Source of the DNA: Candidatus Aminicenantes bacterium
Lineage (GTDB): Bacteria > Acidobacteriota > Aminicenantia > Aminicenantales > JAFGAV01
Assembly (NCBI GenBank): GCA_963705895.1
Contig: OY970122.1
Coordinates: 588,744 to 652,743, forward strand
Direction of reading: 5' to 3'
Length of the DNA stretch: 64,000 nt
Under the pieces are notes generated by a model, which was given only the letters and a program-made list of their open reading frames with translations, searched no databases and was not told the DNA's origin. A program made the translations under genes and the position numbers. Of this stretch, positions 28,788 through 37,343 are shown in pieces (position 1 is the stretch's first letter; the number at the start of each line of letters is the position of its first letter).

Positions 28788-30086
28788 ATGAATAAAACCC
28801 ATATTCGGCATATCAATTATTTTATGCTCTTTTTTCCGCTCCTCTTTTTCCTGGCACGGCCTCCGGAATTCGGCCGCGAGACCATCTTTTTCCGAGGCTT
28901 TTCCATCCCCAAGCCGGCCATTAGGATCGGCTTGGGAATCGGCCTCTCGGATATCACGATTCGTTCATCGTCCGGAATGAAGATCTACGAGGTGAACAAA
29001 GACTATCGGCTACTAGAGCAGGACGTGGCCGAAGCTCAGGTCAAAGGTCACAAGGAAAAGCTGAGCGAAAGGTTCGCGGTCCAGGTCGGCCACGCCAGGA
29101 CCGAGGAGGCGGCGAAAAAGGCGGCCGAGGGCCTTCAGCCCAAGGTCGGGGAAAAGATCACGATCTCGAAAAGCCAGGATGGGGGTCCCTTGGGTTCCTG
29201 GCAGCTCCTGGTCGGGGATTTTCTGACCCGGGGTGACGCCCTCCATTTCATCTCTAAGGTCAACAAACTCGGGCTTAAGGATGTATGGATCGTGCGCCAA
29301 GAGGTCACGGAAAACGACTCCAAGCCGTTCGCACTCTTTATGGACGACCACCTGCTTGACCTCGGCGAGGATGCCGTCCTGTATTTCATACCCGCTAACC
29401 CCCAGAGCTTTCTGTCATTGGAAGGACGGGCTTACCGCGGGATTCTCATCGTCAGGCATACCGCCCAAGGCATCGCCGTGATCAATACCCTGAACGTCGA
29501 CGATTACCTTCAGGGAGTCGTTCCCTGCGAGCTTTCTCCCACGGAATTCCCCGAAATCGAAGCTTTGAAAGCCCAGGCCATCGCCGCCAGGACCTATGCC
29601 CTGAAGAACCTGGGTCGGTTCAAAGAGCTGGGGTTTGACCTGGACGATTCACCCTCTTGCCAGGTTTACAAGGGCCTGGACGCTGAGAACCCCCTCAGCA
29701 CCAGAGCCGTTCGGGAAACGATGGGCCAGGCCGCGCTCTACCATAACGAGTTGATCGATGCCCTCTACACGAGCACTTGCGGCGGCATGACCGAAAACGT
29801 GGAGAACGTGTTTCCCGGCCCAGCCATGCCCTATCTCCGGGGCGTGGAGTGCACGACGGAGCAGGAAGAGGAATGGACGCTCAAGACCGACAGGACCCTG
29901 CTTCCCGTCTTCTGGAACGGCATCGACCTGGGCAAGAAGATTCGCGGCGCTCATGGCCGTGGGCATTGTTCCCCCGAAGGCCGGCCCCGCCTATTTTCGG
30001 GCGGCCGCCGAACCCGGAGAGGCGGCGGACTGGACATGGAATCTCCTGGCCATCCTAGGCCGCAAGAATCCCGCGGCCGACTTTGA
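28788..30086 (+). CDS. SpoIID/LytB-domain protein, N-terminal portion (gene appears split by a frameshift)
   Basis: Signal/TM start, then the SpoIID core (...VDDYLQGVVPCELSPTEFPEIEALKAQAIAARTYALKNLGRF...CQVYKGLDAENPLSTRAVRETMGQAALYHNELIDALYTSTCGGMTENVENVF). Sequence turns Arg/Gly-rich nonsense after about 29945. Confidence 0.6.
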   Translation: MNKTHIRHINYFMLFFPLLFFLARPPEFGRETIFFRGFSIPKPAIRIGLGIGLSDITIRSSSGMKIYEVNKDYRLLEQDVAEAQVKGHKEKLSERFAVQVGHARTEEAAKKAAEGLQPKVGEKITISKSQDGGPLGSWQLLVGDFLTRGDALHFISKVNKLGLKDVWIVRQEVTENDSKPFALFMDDHLLDLGEDAVLYFIPANPQSFLSLEGRAYRGILIVRHTAQGIAVINTLNVDDYLQGVVPCELSPTEFPEIEALKAQAIAARTYALKNLGRFKELGFDLDDSPSCQVYKGLDAENPLSTRAVRETMGQAALYHNELIDALYTSTCGGMTENVENVFPGPAMPYLRGVECTTEQEEEWTLKTDRTLLPVFWNGIDLGKKIRGAHGRGHCSPEGRPRLFSGGRRTRRGGGLDMESPGHPRPQESRGRL

Positions 30087-31002
30087 CGGGAAGCCCCTCG
30101 ACCATGCCGGCTTGGCCTCCCGGCTCGTCGGCGTGCTGGGGTGGCAGGAACGCGTCAAGAACCTCCTCTTGCAGAGCGAGGCGGACCATGTTCTCAGGGA
30201 CTTTCCTGAGATCAAGGGAGAGGATCGCAACAACCTGGCCTACATGATCATCTCCGGGATCTTCCCGCCCCTCGAACGAGTCTCGGGAGCGGAGCCTCCG
30301 GTCTCACGTGCGGAGCTCAGCTTCATCCTCTACAAGGTCCTGGTTCTTCACCAGCCCGTCTTCGAGCGGGCGGTCGTGCGAAAAGTCGATAAGAACCGCC
30401 TTATCCTAAGCCGGGAAGGCCAGGACGAGAGTTTCGTCCTTGCTCCCGACGCCTTTCTCCTGAGGGACCTCGACGATGGGACCTCTTTCGCCTCGCGCCT
30501 CACCATAGAGGGTGGAGAACAGGCGAGCTTCATCCTGTCCGACGGCCAGGTCAAGCTTCTTGAGATCGATTACAGCTCACCCAGCAATGCCCTGGACAAG
30601 TCATCCCCGCTTCACCGCTGGCAGGTAAGGATGTCCCGCGAGGAGCTCGAAACGCGGATCAACCAGTTCTATCCCGTGGGACGGCTCTTGGACCTCATCC
30701 CCAAGGAGCGCGGCGTATCCAAACGGGTCACTGAGCTTGAGATTCGCGGGTCCGCAGGAAGCGAGATCGTCACCGGGTTGAAGATCCGCTGGGCCCTCGG
30801 ATTGCGGGAAACGGCCTTTGTCATCGACCGCGAGATCGACGAAAACGGCCTGGTCAGCCACTTCGATTTTTCGGGGCGAGGCTGGGGCCACGGAGTCGGC
30901 CTCTGCCAGGTGGGCGCCTTTCGTCTGGCTCAAACCGGGCGATCTTGCGCGGATATATTGAAAAAGTATTATCAGGGCATTAAAATAAGCAAAGTCTATT
31001 GA
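29953..31002 (+). CDS. SpoIID/LytB-domain protein, C-terminal portion (+1 frame relative to upstream part)
   Basis: Carries the C-terminal SpoIID signature ...HFDFSGRGWGHGVGLCQVGAFRLAQTGRSCADILKKYYQGIKI. Its frame is open back to about 29810 and overlaps the upstream fragment. Confidence 0.55.
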   Translation: MAVGIVPPKAGPAYFRAAAEPGEAADWTWNLLAILGRKNPAADFDGKPLDHAGLASRLVGVLGWQERVKNLLLQSEADHVLRDFPEIKGEDRNNLAYMIISGIFPPLERVSGAEPPVSRAELSFILYKVLVLHQPVFERAVVRKVDKNRLILSREGQDESFVLAPDAFLLRDLDDGTSFASRLTIEGGEQASFILSDGQVKLLEIDYSSPSNALDKSSPLHRWQVRMSREELETRINQFYPVGRLLDLIPKERGVSKRVTELEIRGSAGSEIVTGLKIRWALGLRETAFVIDREIDENGLVSHFDFSGRGWGHGVGLCQVGAFRLAQTGRSCADILKKYYQGIKISKVY

Positions 31003-31085
31003 CCCTCGGAAGGAGTTGCCGGGAAAGATGACGTCCTTCACGAACTTCGATGTCCTGATAAACAGAAATCCCGCCCGGGCGGGGG

Positions 31086-31964
31086 ATGCGGCCCGATTCG
31101 CCCTGGGGGTTCAAGTTGAGTAACCCCGTTTCCAGGAAAAGGGGAGACCGCCTCGAGTTTCGGGAGTTCTACACTCCCACGAGCGGCCTCTTTTTTCGGG
31201 CGGACAAAGTTCTGTGCAGCCGCACTTCAAGCTTCCAGAAGATCGAGGTCTTTGACCACGATTTCTACGGAAAGGTCCTTTTCCTGGACGGGCTTGTCCA
31301 GACGACGGAAAAGGACGAGTTCTATTACCACGAGATGCTGGTCCATCCGGCCCTCGTTTGCCACCCCTCGCCGGAGAGCGTCCTGATTATCGGCGGCGGG
31401 GACGGGGGAGCCCTCAAGCAGATCCTGGCCTATCCCGTCAAGCATGTCACCCTGGTCGAGATCGACGCCGAGGTCATTGACGTCTGCCGGGAGTTCTTTC
31501 CCTGGCTCAAGCCTTGCCTCAAGGACAAGCGGGCGGAGCTTGTTGTGGCCGACGGGAACGACTTCCTGGCCCAATCCCAGAGGACCTTCGACATCATCCT
31601 GGTCGATTCCTCGGACCCTGTGGGCCCGTCGGCCGTTCTCCACCAGAAGGATTTTTTCGGGAAACTGAAGAAGCGCCTGAAGCCGGGAGGCGTGGCGGCC
31701 AGCCAGTCGGGCTCGCTCCTGCTTCACGGGGCCACCTTCCGTCCCAAGGCCAAGTTCCTCAAGTCGCTTTTCCGCATGGCCCGCTTTTATGTCAGCCCCG
31801 TGCCGACCTATCCCGGCGGGACGTGGGTTTATAATTTCCTGTCCGAGACCGTGGACCCTCTGGACCTGAAGCGAAAGCCGCCCTCGGGGCTCGGGTACTA
31901 TACGCCCGACGTGCACCGGGCCGCCTTCGCCCTGCCCAACCTGCTCCGCAAGCTCGTCGAGTGA
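31086..31964 (+). CDS. speE: spermidine synthase (polyamine aminopropyltransferase)
   Basis: ...FYYHEMLVHPALVCHPSPESVLIIGGGDGGALKQILAYPVKHVTLVEIDAEVIDVCREFFP...DIILVDSSDPVGPSAVL... is the canonical SpeE core. The true start may lie a few codons downstream of 31086. Confidence 0.8.
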   Translation: MRPDSPWGFKLSNPVSRKRGDRLEFREFYTPTSGLFFRADKVLCSRTSSFQKIEVFDHDFYGKVLFLDGLVQTTEKDEFYYHEMLVHPALVCHPSPESVLIIGGGDGGALKQILAYPVKHVTLVEIDAEVIDVCREFFPWLKPCLKDKRAELVVADGNDFLAQSQRTFDIILVDSSDPVGPSAVLHQKDFFGKLKKRLKPGGVAASQSGSLLLHGATFRPKAKFLKSLFRMARFYVSPVPTYPGGTWVYNFLSETVDPLDLKRKPPSGLGYYTPDVHRAAFALPNLLRKLVE

Positions 31965-32143
31965 CCCACGGCCGTCATCCGCTCTATCTCTTCCCAGGCT
32001 CAAAGGACGGACGGGGCTTTCTCCTTCGTCACAAAATTATTTTTTATTGTCATTTTTGCCCTTTTTGTTATCATAGTAAACTCGGTTTTAAGGACGAAGG
32101 TCCCCTGCGGCCGCGTTCGTGAGATTCCCGGCAGGGAGAGACG

Positions 32144-34198
32144 ATGAAAACGAAGCTCGCAGATTACATCCCCAAGTCCAAGCTCTTTTCCCGGAGCAAG
32201 CTCTTCCGGAAAAAGACTCTCGACCAGTGCATGGCCGACGCGGAGGCGCCCGAGTACCAGCTCAAGCGCGTCCTCGGACCGTTCCAGCTCATCCTGTTCG
32301 GGATCGGGGCCATTATCGGGGCCGGCATCTTCGCCACGATCGGCACGGCCGCGGCGGGCGATATGTTCCGGCCGGGCGCGGGGCCGGCCCTGATGGTCTC
32401 TTTCGTCATCACGGCAATCGTTTGCAGTTTCACCGCTCTCTGCTACGCCGAGTTCACCTCGATCGTGCCCATCTCCGGCTCGGCCTACACCTATTCTTAT
32501 GCCACCCTGGGCGAGATCGTGGCCTGGATCATCGGCTGGGACCTGATCATCGAGTATGCGGTGGGCAACATCGCCGTGGCCATTTCCTGGGCCAACTATT
32601 TCAAGACCTTCATCAGGGGCTTCGGCATCAACTTCCCCAATTGGCTGTCCATGGATTACCGTACCGCGGCCAAGATCGTGGACTCGCACGGGGTCAAGGT
32701 GGTCTTTCGCGACGCGCCGCACATCTTCGGTGTGCCCATCATCTTCAACATCCTGGCGGTGGGCATCGTCACCTTTATCACCATCATCCTCGTCTGGGGC
32801 ATCCGGGAGAGCGCCCGGTTCAACGCCATCATGGTCGGGATCAAGATCATCGTCCTGACCTTCTTCATCATCATCGGGTTCTTCTGGGTCAAGCCGGCCA
32901 ACTGGACGCCCTTCGCCCCGAACGGCTGGGCGGGCATCAGCGCCGGAGCGGCCATAGTCTTCTTCGCCTACATCGGGTTCGACGCCGTATCCACCGTGGC
33001 CGAGGAGACACGGAACCCCAAGCGCGACTTGCCCATCGGCATCATCGGCTCGCTCCTCGTCTGCACCGTGTTCTACATCGTCGTCTCGGCCGTGTTCACG
33101 GGCCTCATCTCCTACCCCGAGCTCAAGATGAAGCTGGCCACGGAGCAGGCCGAGCCCCTGACCATGGCCCTCCAGCACGCCGCGCCCAACCTGGGCTGGG
33201 CCGTGGGCATCGTCGCCTTCGGCTCGGTCATCGCCCACACGGCCGTGCTCCTCATTTTTCAGCTCGGCCAGCCCCGCATTTTCTTCAGCATGTCCCGCGA
33301 CGGCCTTCTGCCCAAGACCTTCAGCAAGGTCCACAAGCGCTTCCGGACGCCCTACGTGGCCACCATCCTCACGGGTGTTTTTGTGGCGACGTTCGCCGCG
33401 GTGGCCAGCATCGACGAAATGGTCGACCTGACCAATATCGGGACCCTGTTCGCCTTCATCCTTGTCTGCAGCGGGATCATCGTCCTGCGCAAGACCGAGC
33501 CCGACCGGCCGCGGCCGTTCAAAGTGCCCAGTGGCTGGCTCTGGAGCGCGCTCCTGTTCGCCCTCTTGGCCGTGGCCCTGATCTTCTTCATCCCGGCCTC
33601 TCTTGTGACCAAGCTCATCGTCCTGACCGTGACGGCCGCAGGCTTCGCTTATTTTCGCAACTATCTCTTTCCCATACTGGGTGTCCTATCCTGTCTGTAC
33701 CTGATCTTTTACCTGCCGCCCACGTCCTGGCTGCGGTTCGCGGCCTGGCTCAACTTCGGGTTTTTGATCTACGTCGGCTACGGCGCCATCCACAGCCGGC
33801 TCATGTCGAGCGACATGAAAAAACGCAGCCCCGAGCATCTGGCCTACACTGCCCGCCTGGGCGTGGTCCTGCTTCTCATCGGCGACGGGATGCTGTTCCT
33901 GATGCGGGCCTTCGACCTCTTCCGGAAGGCCGAGCGGAGCCTGACCCAGCTCGCCGGCTGGGAACGGTTCACGACGGCCCTGCACATGACGTTCCAGTCC
34001 AAGCCGTGGCTCCAGATGTCCTGGTTCCTAGTCATTCCCCTCCTGCTCAACACCCTGATCATGTGCCCGCTCATCATTCGCCGCGCGTCCCAGGCCAGCA
34101 GCCAGTCCGAAACCGACCAGAAGACCCGGACCAGCGCGGTCATCGCCAGCGTCGTCGGCGTGCTGAGCTTGATTTACATGATTGTCGTCATTTTCTAA
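32144..34198 (+). CDS. amino acid permease, APC superfamily (cationic-amino-acid-transporter-like, with extra C-terminal TM region)
   Basis: ...LGPFQLILFGIGAIIGAGIFATIGTAAAG..., 12+ TM, 684 aa. The overlapping 716-aa ORF 32119..34269 is an Arg-rich alternate frame. Confidence 0.8.
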   Translation: MKTKLADYIPKSKLFSRSKLFRKKTLDQCMADAEAPEYQLKRVLGPFQLILFGIGAIIGAGIFATIGTAAAGDMFRPGAGPALMVSFVITAIVCSFTALCYAEFTSIVPISGSAYTYSYATLGEIVAWIIGWDLIIEYAVGNIAVAISWANYFKTFIRGFGINFPNWLSMDYRTAAKIVDSHGVKVVFRDAPHIFGVPIIFNILAVGIVTFITIILVWGIRESARFNAIMVGIKIIVLTFFIIIGFFWVKPANWTPFAPNGWAGISAGAAIVFFAYIGFDAVSTVAEETRNPKRDLPIGIIGSLLVCTVFYIVVSAVFTGLISYPELKMKLATEQAEPLTMALQHAAPNLGWAVGIVAFGSVIAHTAVLLIFQLGQPRIFFSMSRDGLLPKTFSKVHKRFRTPYVATILTGVFVATFAAVASIDEMVDLTNIGTLFAFILVCSGIIVLRKTEPDRPRPFKVPSGWLWSALLFALLAVALIFFIPASLVTKLIVLTVTAAGFAYFRNYLFPILGVLSCLYLIFYLPPTSWLRFAAWLNFGFLIYVGYGAIHSRLMSSDMKKRSPEHLAYTARLGVVLLLIGDGMLFLMRAFDLFRKAERSLTQLAGWERFTTALHMTFQSKPWLQMSWFLVIPLLLNTLIMCPLIIRRASQASSQSETDQKTRTSAVIASVVGVLSLIYMIVVIF

Positions 34199-34291
34199 CC
34201 GGCCGCGGTTCAAGCCCCCGCGGTCCGCGGTTCGGAGAGGGAATGGCCAAGGCCGCCGGATTCCGGTAAAATTCGATTCTCGTGACATGAC

Positions 34292-35392
34292 TTGCCGATG
34301 AGAATTAAAACGAAGAACCGACTGCGCGCCCATCCCAGCCCGGCCTCGATCCTCGTCCTGGCCGTGCTCGTTTCGGTTCTGGGCCAAAGCGCTAGAGCCT
34401 CCGACGGCGCGTCGATCGTCGTTAGAGATGACCTCGGCCGCACCGTGACGATTCCAGCCCCGGTCAAGCGGATCATCTCCCTTCAGCCTGAAGCCAGCCG
34501 GATCCTCGCGGCGCTCGGATGCGCGGAAAGCCTCGTCGGGTACGATTATTTTCTCAGGAAATACGACCCGTTCTTTGCCCGGATCTATCCGGGGTCCGCT
34601 GCGTTGCCCGTCGTGGCCTATGAGGACGTCAGCGTCAGTGTGGAGGGCGTGATCCGCCTCGACCCCGATGTGATCATCGCCTCGCCCTACGACGCGCACA
34701 TCCCTGATTCGCTCCAGGAAAAGACAGGGAAACCCGTCGTGGCCATCTCGTCGCTCGGCCGCTTCGACAGGCTTCTCGGCGAGATCCGTCTTCTGGGCCG
34801 CGTGACGGGCCGGAGTGAGAGGGCTGAGGAGCTTGCGGCCTTATTCGGCCGGACGATCGACCGCGTGGCGCGAGCCGTGAGCGCCGTCCCCCTGGAAAAA
34901 AGGCCGAGAGTCTATCTCGCTTTTTGGTCGTCCCTCACGCGGACACCCGTTTTTTATGAGCCCGTGGATGTCGCCGGCGGACGGAATGTCGCCCGAGACC
35001 TGGCTCCCTCATACCCCGGCTCTGATGGGGCGGTCATCTCCCTGGAGAGCCTGGTGCGCTTCGACCCGGACATCATCCTCGTTCACGGCAACTACCGGCC
35101 GGCTGAACGGGAAGTGACCGTGAACCGGATCCTGGCCGACCGTCGGCTGGGGTCGCTCAAGGCCGTCCGCAACAAGCGCGTTTTCTACACGTTCGGCTTC
35201 TGGTCGTGGTGGGACCCGGCCCAAGTGCTGATCGAAACCCTGTATTTGGCCAAGGTCTTCCATCCGGCGCTGTTTCGAGAGGTGAACCTTGTTCGCGAGG
35301 CGAACACGATCTATCATAGATTTTACGGCATCGATGACGGATATTCCGTCCTCAACCAAGCGACGAAGTGCGATGAGTGGCTCAAAAAATAG
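34292..35392 (+). CDS. ABC transporter periplasmic substrate-binding protein, iron-siderophore/heme/cobalamin type (TroA-like/FecB/BtuF)
   Basis: Signal peptide; ...PVKRIISLQPEASRILAALGCAESLVGYD...DPDVIIASP... matches the periplasmic_binding_protein_2 (PBP type 8) fold; followed by a FecCD permease and an ATPase. Confidence 0.7.
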   Translation: MPMRIKTKNRLRAHPSPASILVLAVLVSVLGQSARASDGASIVVRDDLGRTVTIPAPVKRIISLQPEASRILAALGCAESLVGYDYFLRKYDPFFARIYPGSAALPVVAYEDVSVSVEGVIRLDPDVIIASPYDAHIPDSLQEKTGKPVVAISSLGRFDRLLGEIRLLGRVTGRSERAEELAALFGRTIDRVARAVSAVPLEKRPRVYLAFWSSLTRTPVFYEPVDVAGGRNVARDLAPSYPGSDGAVISLESLVRFDPDIILVHGNYRPAEREVTVNRILADRRLGSLKAVRNKRVFYTFGFWSWWDPAQVLIETLYLAKVFHPALFREVNLVREANTIYHRFYGIDDGYSVLNQATKCDEWLKK

Positions 35393-36392
35393 AAACGGAG
35401 GCCTGATCGTCGGCCTGGCCGTGGCCCTGCCGGTGGTCGTCTTCATCATTTCCCTTAACATCGGTTCCTACCCGATCTCCCCCCGGATGCTTCTCAAGGT
35501 GATCCTCTCGGTCATCTCGCCCTCGAGTCATCCCGGCGTCCCGGCCGCGCTCAAGGATATCGTCTTTCAGATCCGCCTGCCGCGGCTTCTCCTGGCCGTG
35601 GCCGTGGGCGCATCCCTGGCCGTCTCGGGCGCCAGCCTCCAGGCTCTGTTCAAGAACCCGCTCGTCAACGAATACATCCTGGGAATTTCTTCGGGCTCGG
35701 CCTTCGGGGCCGCCGTATCCCTTGTCTTCCTGGGCAAAGGCTTCCCGCCTCAGATCGTGGCCTTTGTCTTCGGCATCGCCGCGGTCCTGGGGGTTCTCGT
35801 CATCGCTCGAAGCGCGGGGTCCCACATCGTCGCTCTCCTCCTCACCGGGGTCATCGTCTCGGCCTTTTTTTCCGCGCTCCTGGCCCTGGTCGAGTTCTTC
35901 GCCAGCCCCTACGCACTTCAGGCGCTTTTCTATTGGATCATGGGCAACATGTCCCTGGCCACGTGGAAGGACCTCGCTTTGTCCGTGCCCCTTATGGCCC
36001 TGGGCGTCACCCTCCTCGTCCTTCTCCGGTGGCGGATGAACGTCCTGTCCATGAGCGACGAAGAAGCCAAGGCCATGGGCCTTTCCGTGCGCTGGGAAAA
36101 GATCCTGGTCATCGTGGCCTGCACCCTGGCCACGGCTTCGGCCACGGCCGTCACAGGGATCATCGGCTGGGTGGGTCTTGTCGTTCCTCATCTCGTGCGG
36201 ATGGTGGTCGGTGTTGACAATCGGCGGGTCATCCCCCTGTCCGTGTCGCTGGGGGCGAGCTTTCTCTTGGCCGCGGATGCCCTGGCGCGGAGCCTGGCCT
36301 CGTTCGAGATTCCCCTCGGCATCTTCACCAGCCTGGTCGGGATTCCCTTCTTCCTCTTCCTTTTGAAACGTTCGCGGAGGGTCTGGCTGTGA
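35373..36392 (+). CDS. ABC transporter permease, FecCD family
   Basis: Start at in-frame ATG (MSGSKNRNGGLIVGLAVALPVVVFIISLNIGSY...); FecCD signatures (...RLPRLLLAVAVGASLAVSGASLQALFKNPL..., ...GASFLLAADALARS...). Overlaps the binding-protein gene by about 20 nt. Confidence 0.8.
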   Translation: MSGSKNRNGGLIVGLAVALPVVVFIISLNIGSYPISPRMLLKVILSVISPSSHPGVPAALKDIVFQIRLPRLLLAVAVGASLAVSGASLQALFKNPLVNEYILGISSGSAFGAAVSLVFLGKGFPPQIVAFVFGIAAVLGVLVIARSAGSHIVALLLTGVIVSAFFSALLALVEFFASPYALQALFYWIMGNMSLATWKDLALSVPLMALGVTLLVLLRWRMNVLSMSDEEAKAMGLSVRWEKILVIVACTLATASATAVTGIIGWVGLVVPHLVRMVVGVDNRRVIPLSVSLGASFLLAADALARSLASFEIPLGIFTSLVGIPFFLFLLKRSRRVWL

Positions 36393-37147
36393 GCGTCCGA
36401 GTGCGGGACCTGTCCTATCCGCGTGGAGATTTCCTCCTCCATATCGACGCCCTGCAATTCGAATCCGGCCGTCTGACATCGATCGTGGGGCCGAACGGGG
36501 CGGGGAAGACCACGCTCCTCAAATGCCTGGCCGGGCTGTTCCCCGTAGCCAAGAACCACATCTTCATTGAGGACCGGGACATCGCTACCCTGCGGGAGGC
36601 TGAACGGGCCAGGCTCATCGGCTACGTTCCGCAAGAGCATAACCCCGTCTTCAACTACTCGGTCCTGGATTTCGTGCTCATGGGCCGGGCCGCCTATCTG
36701 CCCCTGTTCTCTTTGCCCTCGGCCGAGGATGAACGGATGGCGGAAGAATCCCTGGCTTTTGTCGGCCTGGAGAGTTTCGCTTCCCGGCCGTATTTCGACC
36801 TCAGCAGCGGCGAGCGCCGGCTCATCCTGATCGCCCGGTCCCTGGCCCAGCGGGCCAAGATCCTCCTGCTTGACGAGCCGACCTCATTCCTGGACCCCAA
36901 GCACGAGATGGAGATCCTGGAGCTCAGCCGAAAGCTGGCTGTGGAACGCGGTCAGACGGTCCTCCTGACCCTGCACAATTTAGACATGGCGGTCAAGTAC
37001 TCCGACAGCCTGGTGTTCATGAAGGCCGGGGGAGTGTTCGCTTCGGGCCTGCCGCAGGACATTTTGAGCGACTCGCTCCTAGAATCCGTCTATGACGTCA
37101 GGATGCGGATCGTCGATTACGAAGGCCGGAAACTCATCCTGCGCTAA
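36389..37147 (+). CDS. ABC transporter ATP-binding protein (FecE/BtuD-like)
   Basis: GTG start overlapping the permease stop (GTGA), GGAGGG RBS; Walker A GPNGAGKTTLLKCLAG, signature LSSGERRLILIARSL, Walker B ILLLDEPTSFLD. Confidence 0.85.
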   Translation: MSVRVRDLSYPRGDFLLHIDALQFESGRLTSIVGPNGAGKTTLLKCLAGLFPVAKNHIFIEDRDIATLREAERARLIGYVPQEHNPVFNYSVLDFVLMGRAAYLPLFSLPSAEDERMAEESLAFVGLESFASRPYFDLSSGERRLILIARSLAQRAKILLLDEPTSFLDPKHEMEILELSRKLAVERGQTVLLTLHNLDMAVKYSDSLVFMKAGGVFASGLPQDILSDSLLESVYDVRMRIVDYEGRKLILR

Positions 37148-37307
37148 GGGAGCTGCCGGGCGTCCATCATCGTAGAGGGTTTCCGGGTTCAACCGGATTC
37201 AGCGATCACTCACGCCGGAATTAACGTCCGATTGGCGCAGGATTGCAGGCAGGGCAACGTCGAGACTCGCACTCTGACCTGCTCAACTCCAACCTGTCTG
37301 CGAACAA

Positions 37308-37343
37308 ATTGACTTTCAATGAAAAAGTAATTACAGTTATTAC
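37308..37343 (+). promoter_or_regulatory. putative sigma70-type promoter with palindromic operator upstream of the mazEF-fusion gene
   Basis: TTGACT - 17 nt - TACAGT, only about 7 nt before the ATG (leaderless-like). Overlapping palindrome GTAATTAC AG TT ATTAC, typical of TA autoregulation operators. Confidence 0.35.

Noticed and set aside
34205-34245. tRNA-like GGTTCAAGCCC motif after the permease stop
   Set aside because: It is a CCGCGG-N9-CCGCGG hairpin (likely terminator or REP-like) with no D- or anticodon arms.
32119-34269. 716-aa ORF overlapping the APC permease in another frame
   Set aside because: Arg-rich nonsense. The 684-aa frame (32144..34198) has TM helices and APC motifs.
34199-34291. 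Possible cobalamin riboswitch upstream of the BtuF/FecB-like binding-protein gene
   Set aside because: Fragments (GGGAA..., ...GGATTCC) are present but the B12-box (AGYCMGGAAGRCCTGCC-like) and sufficient length are missing. Needs an Infernal scan to decide.
37182-37197. tRNA T-arm-like fragment TCCGG-GTTCAA-CCGGA at the left edge of the island (possible att remnant)
   Set aside because: Loop is 6 nt, not 7. No acceptor-stem/CCA context and no matching repeat at the right edge, so it cannot be called a tRNA-derived att site from sequence alone.
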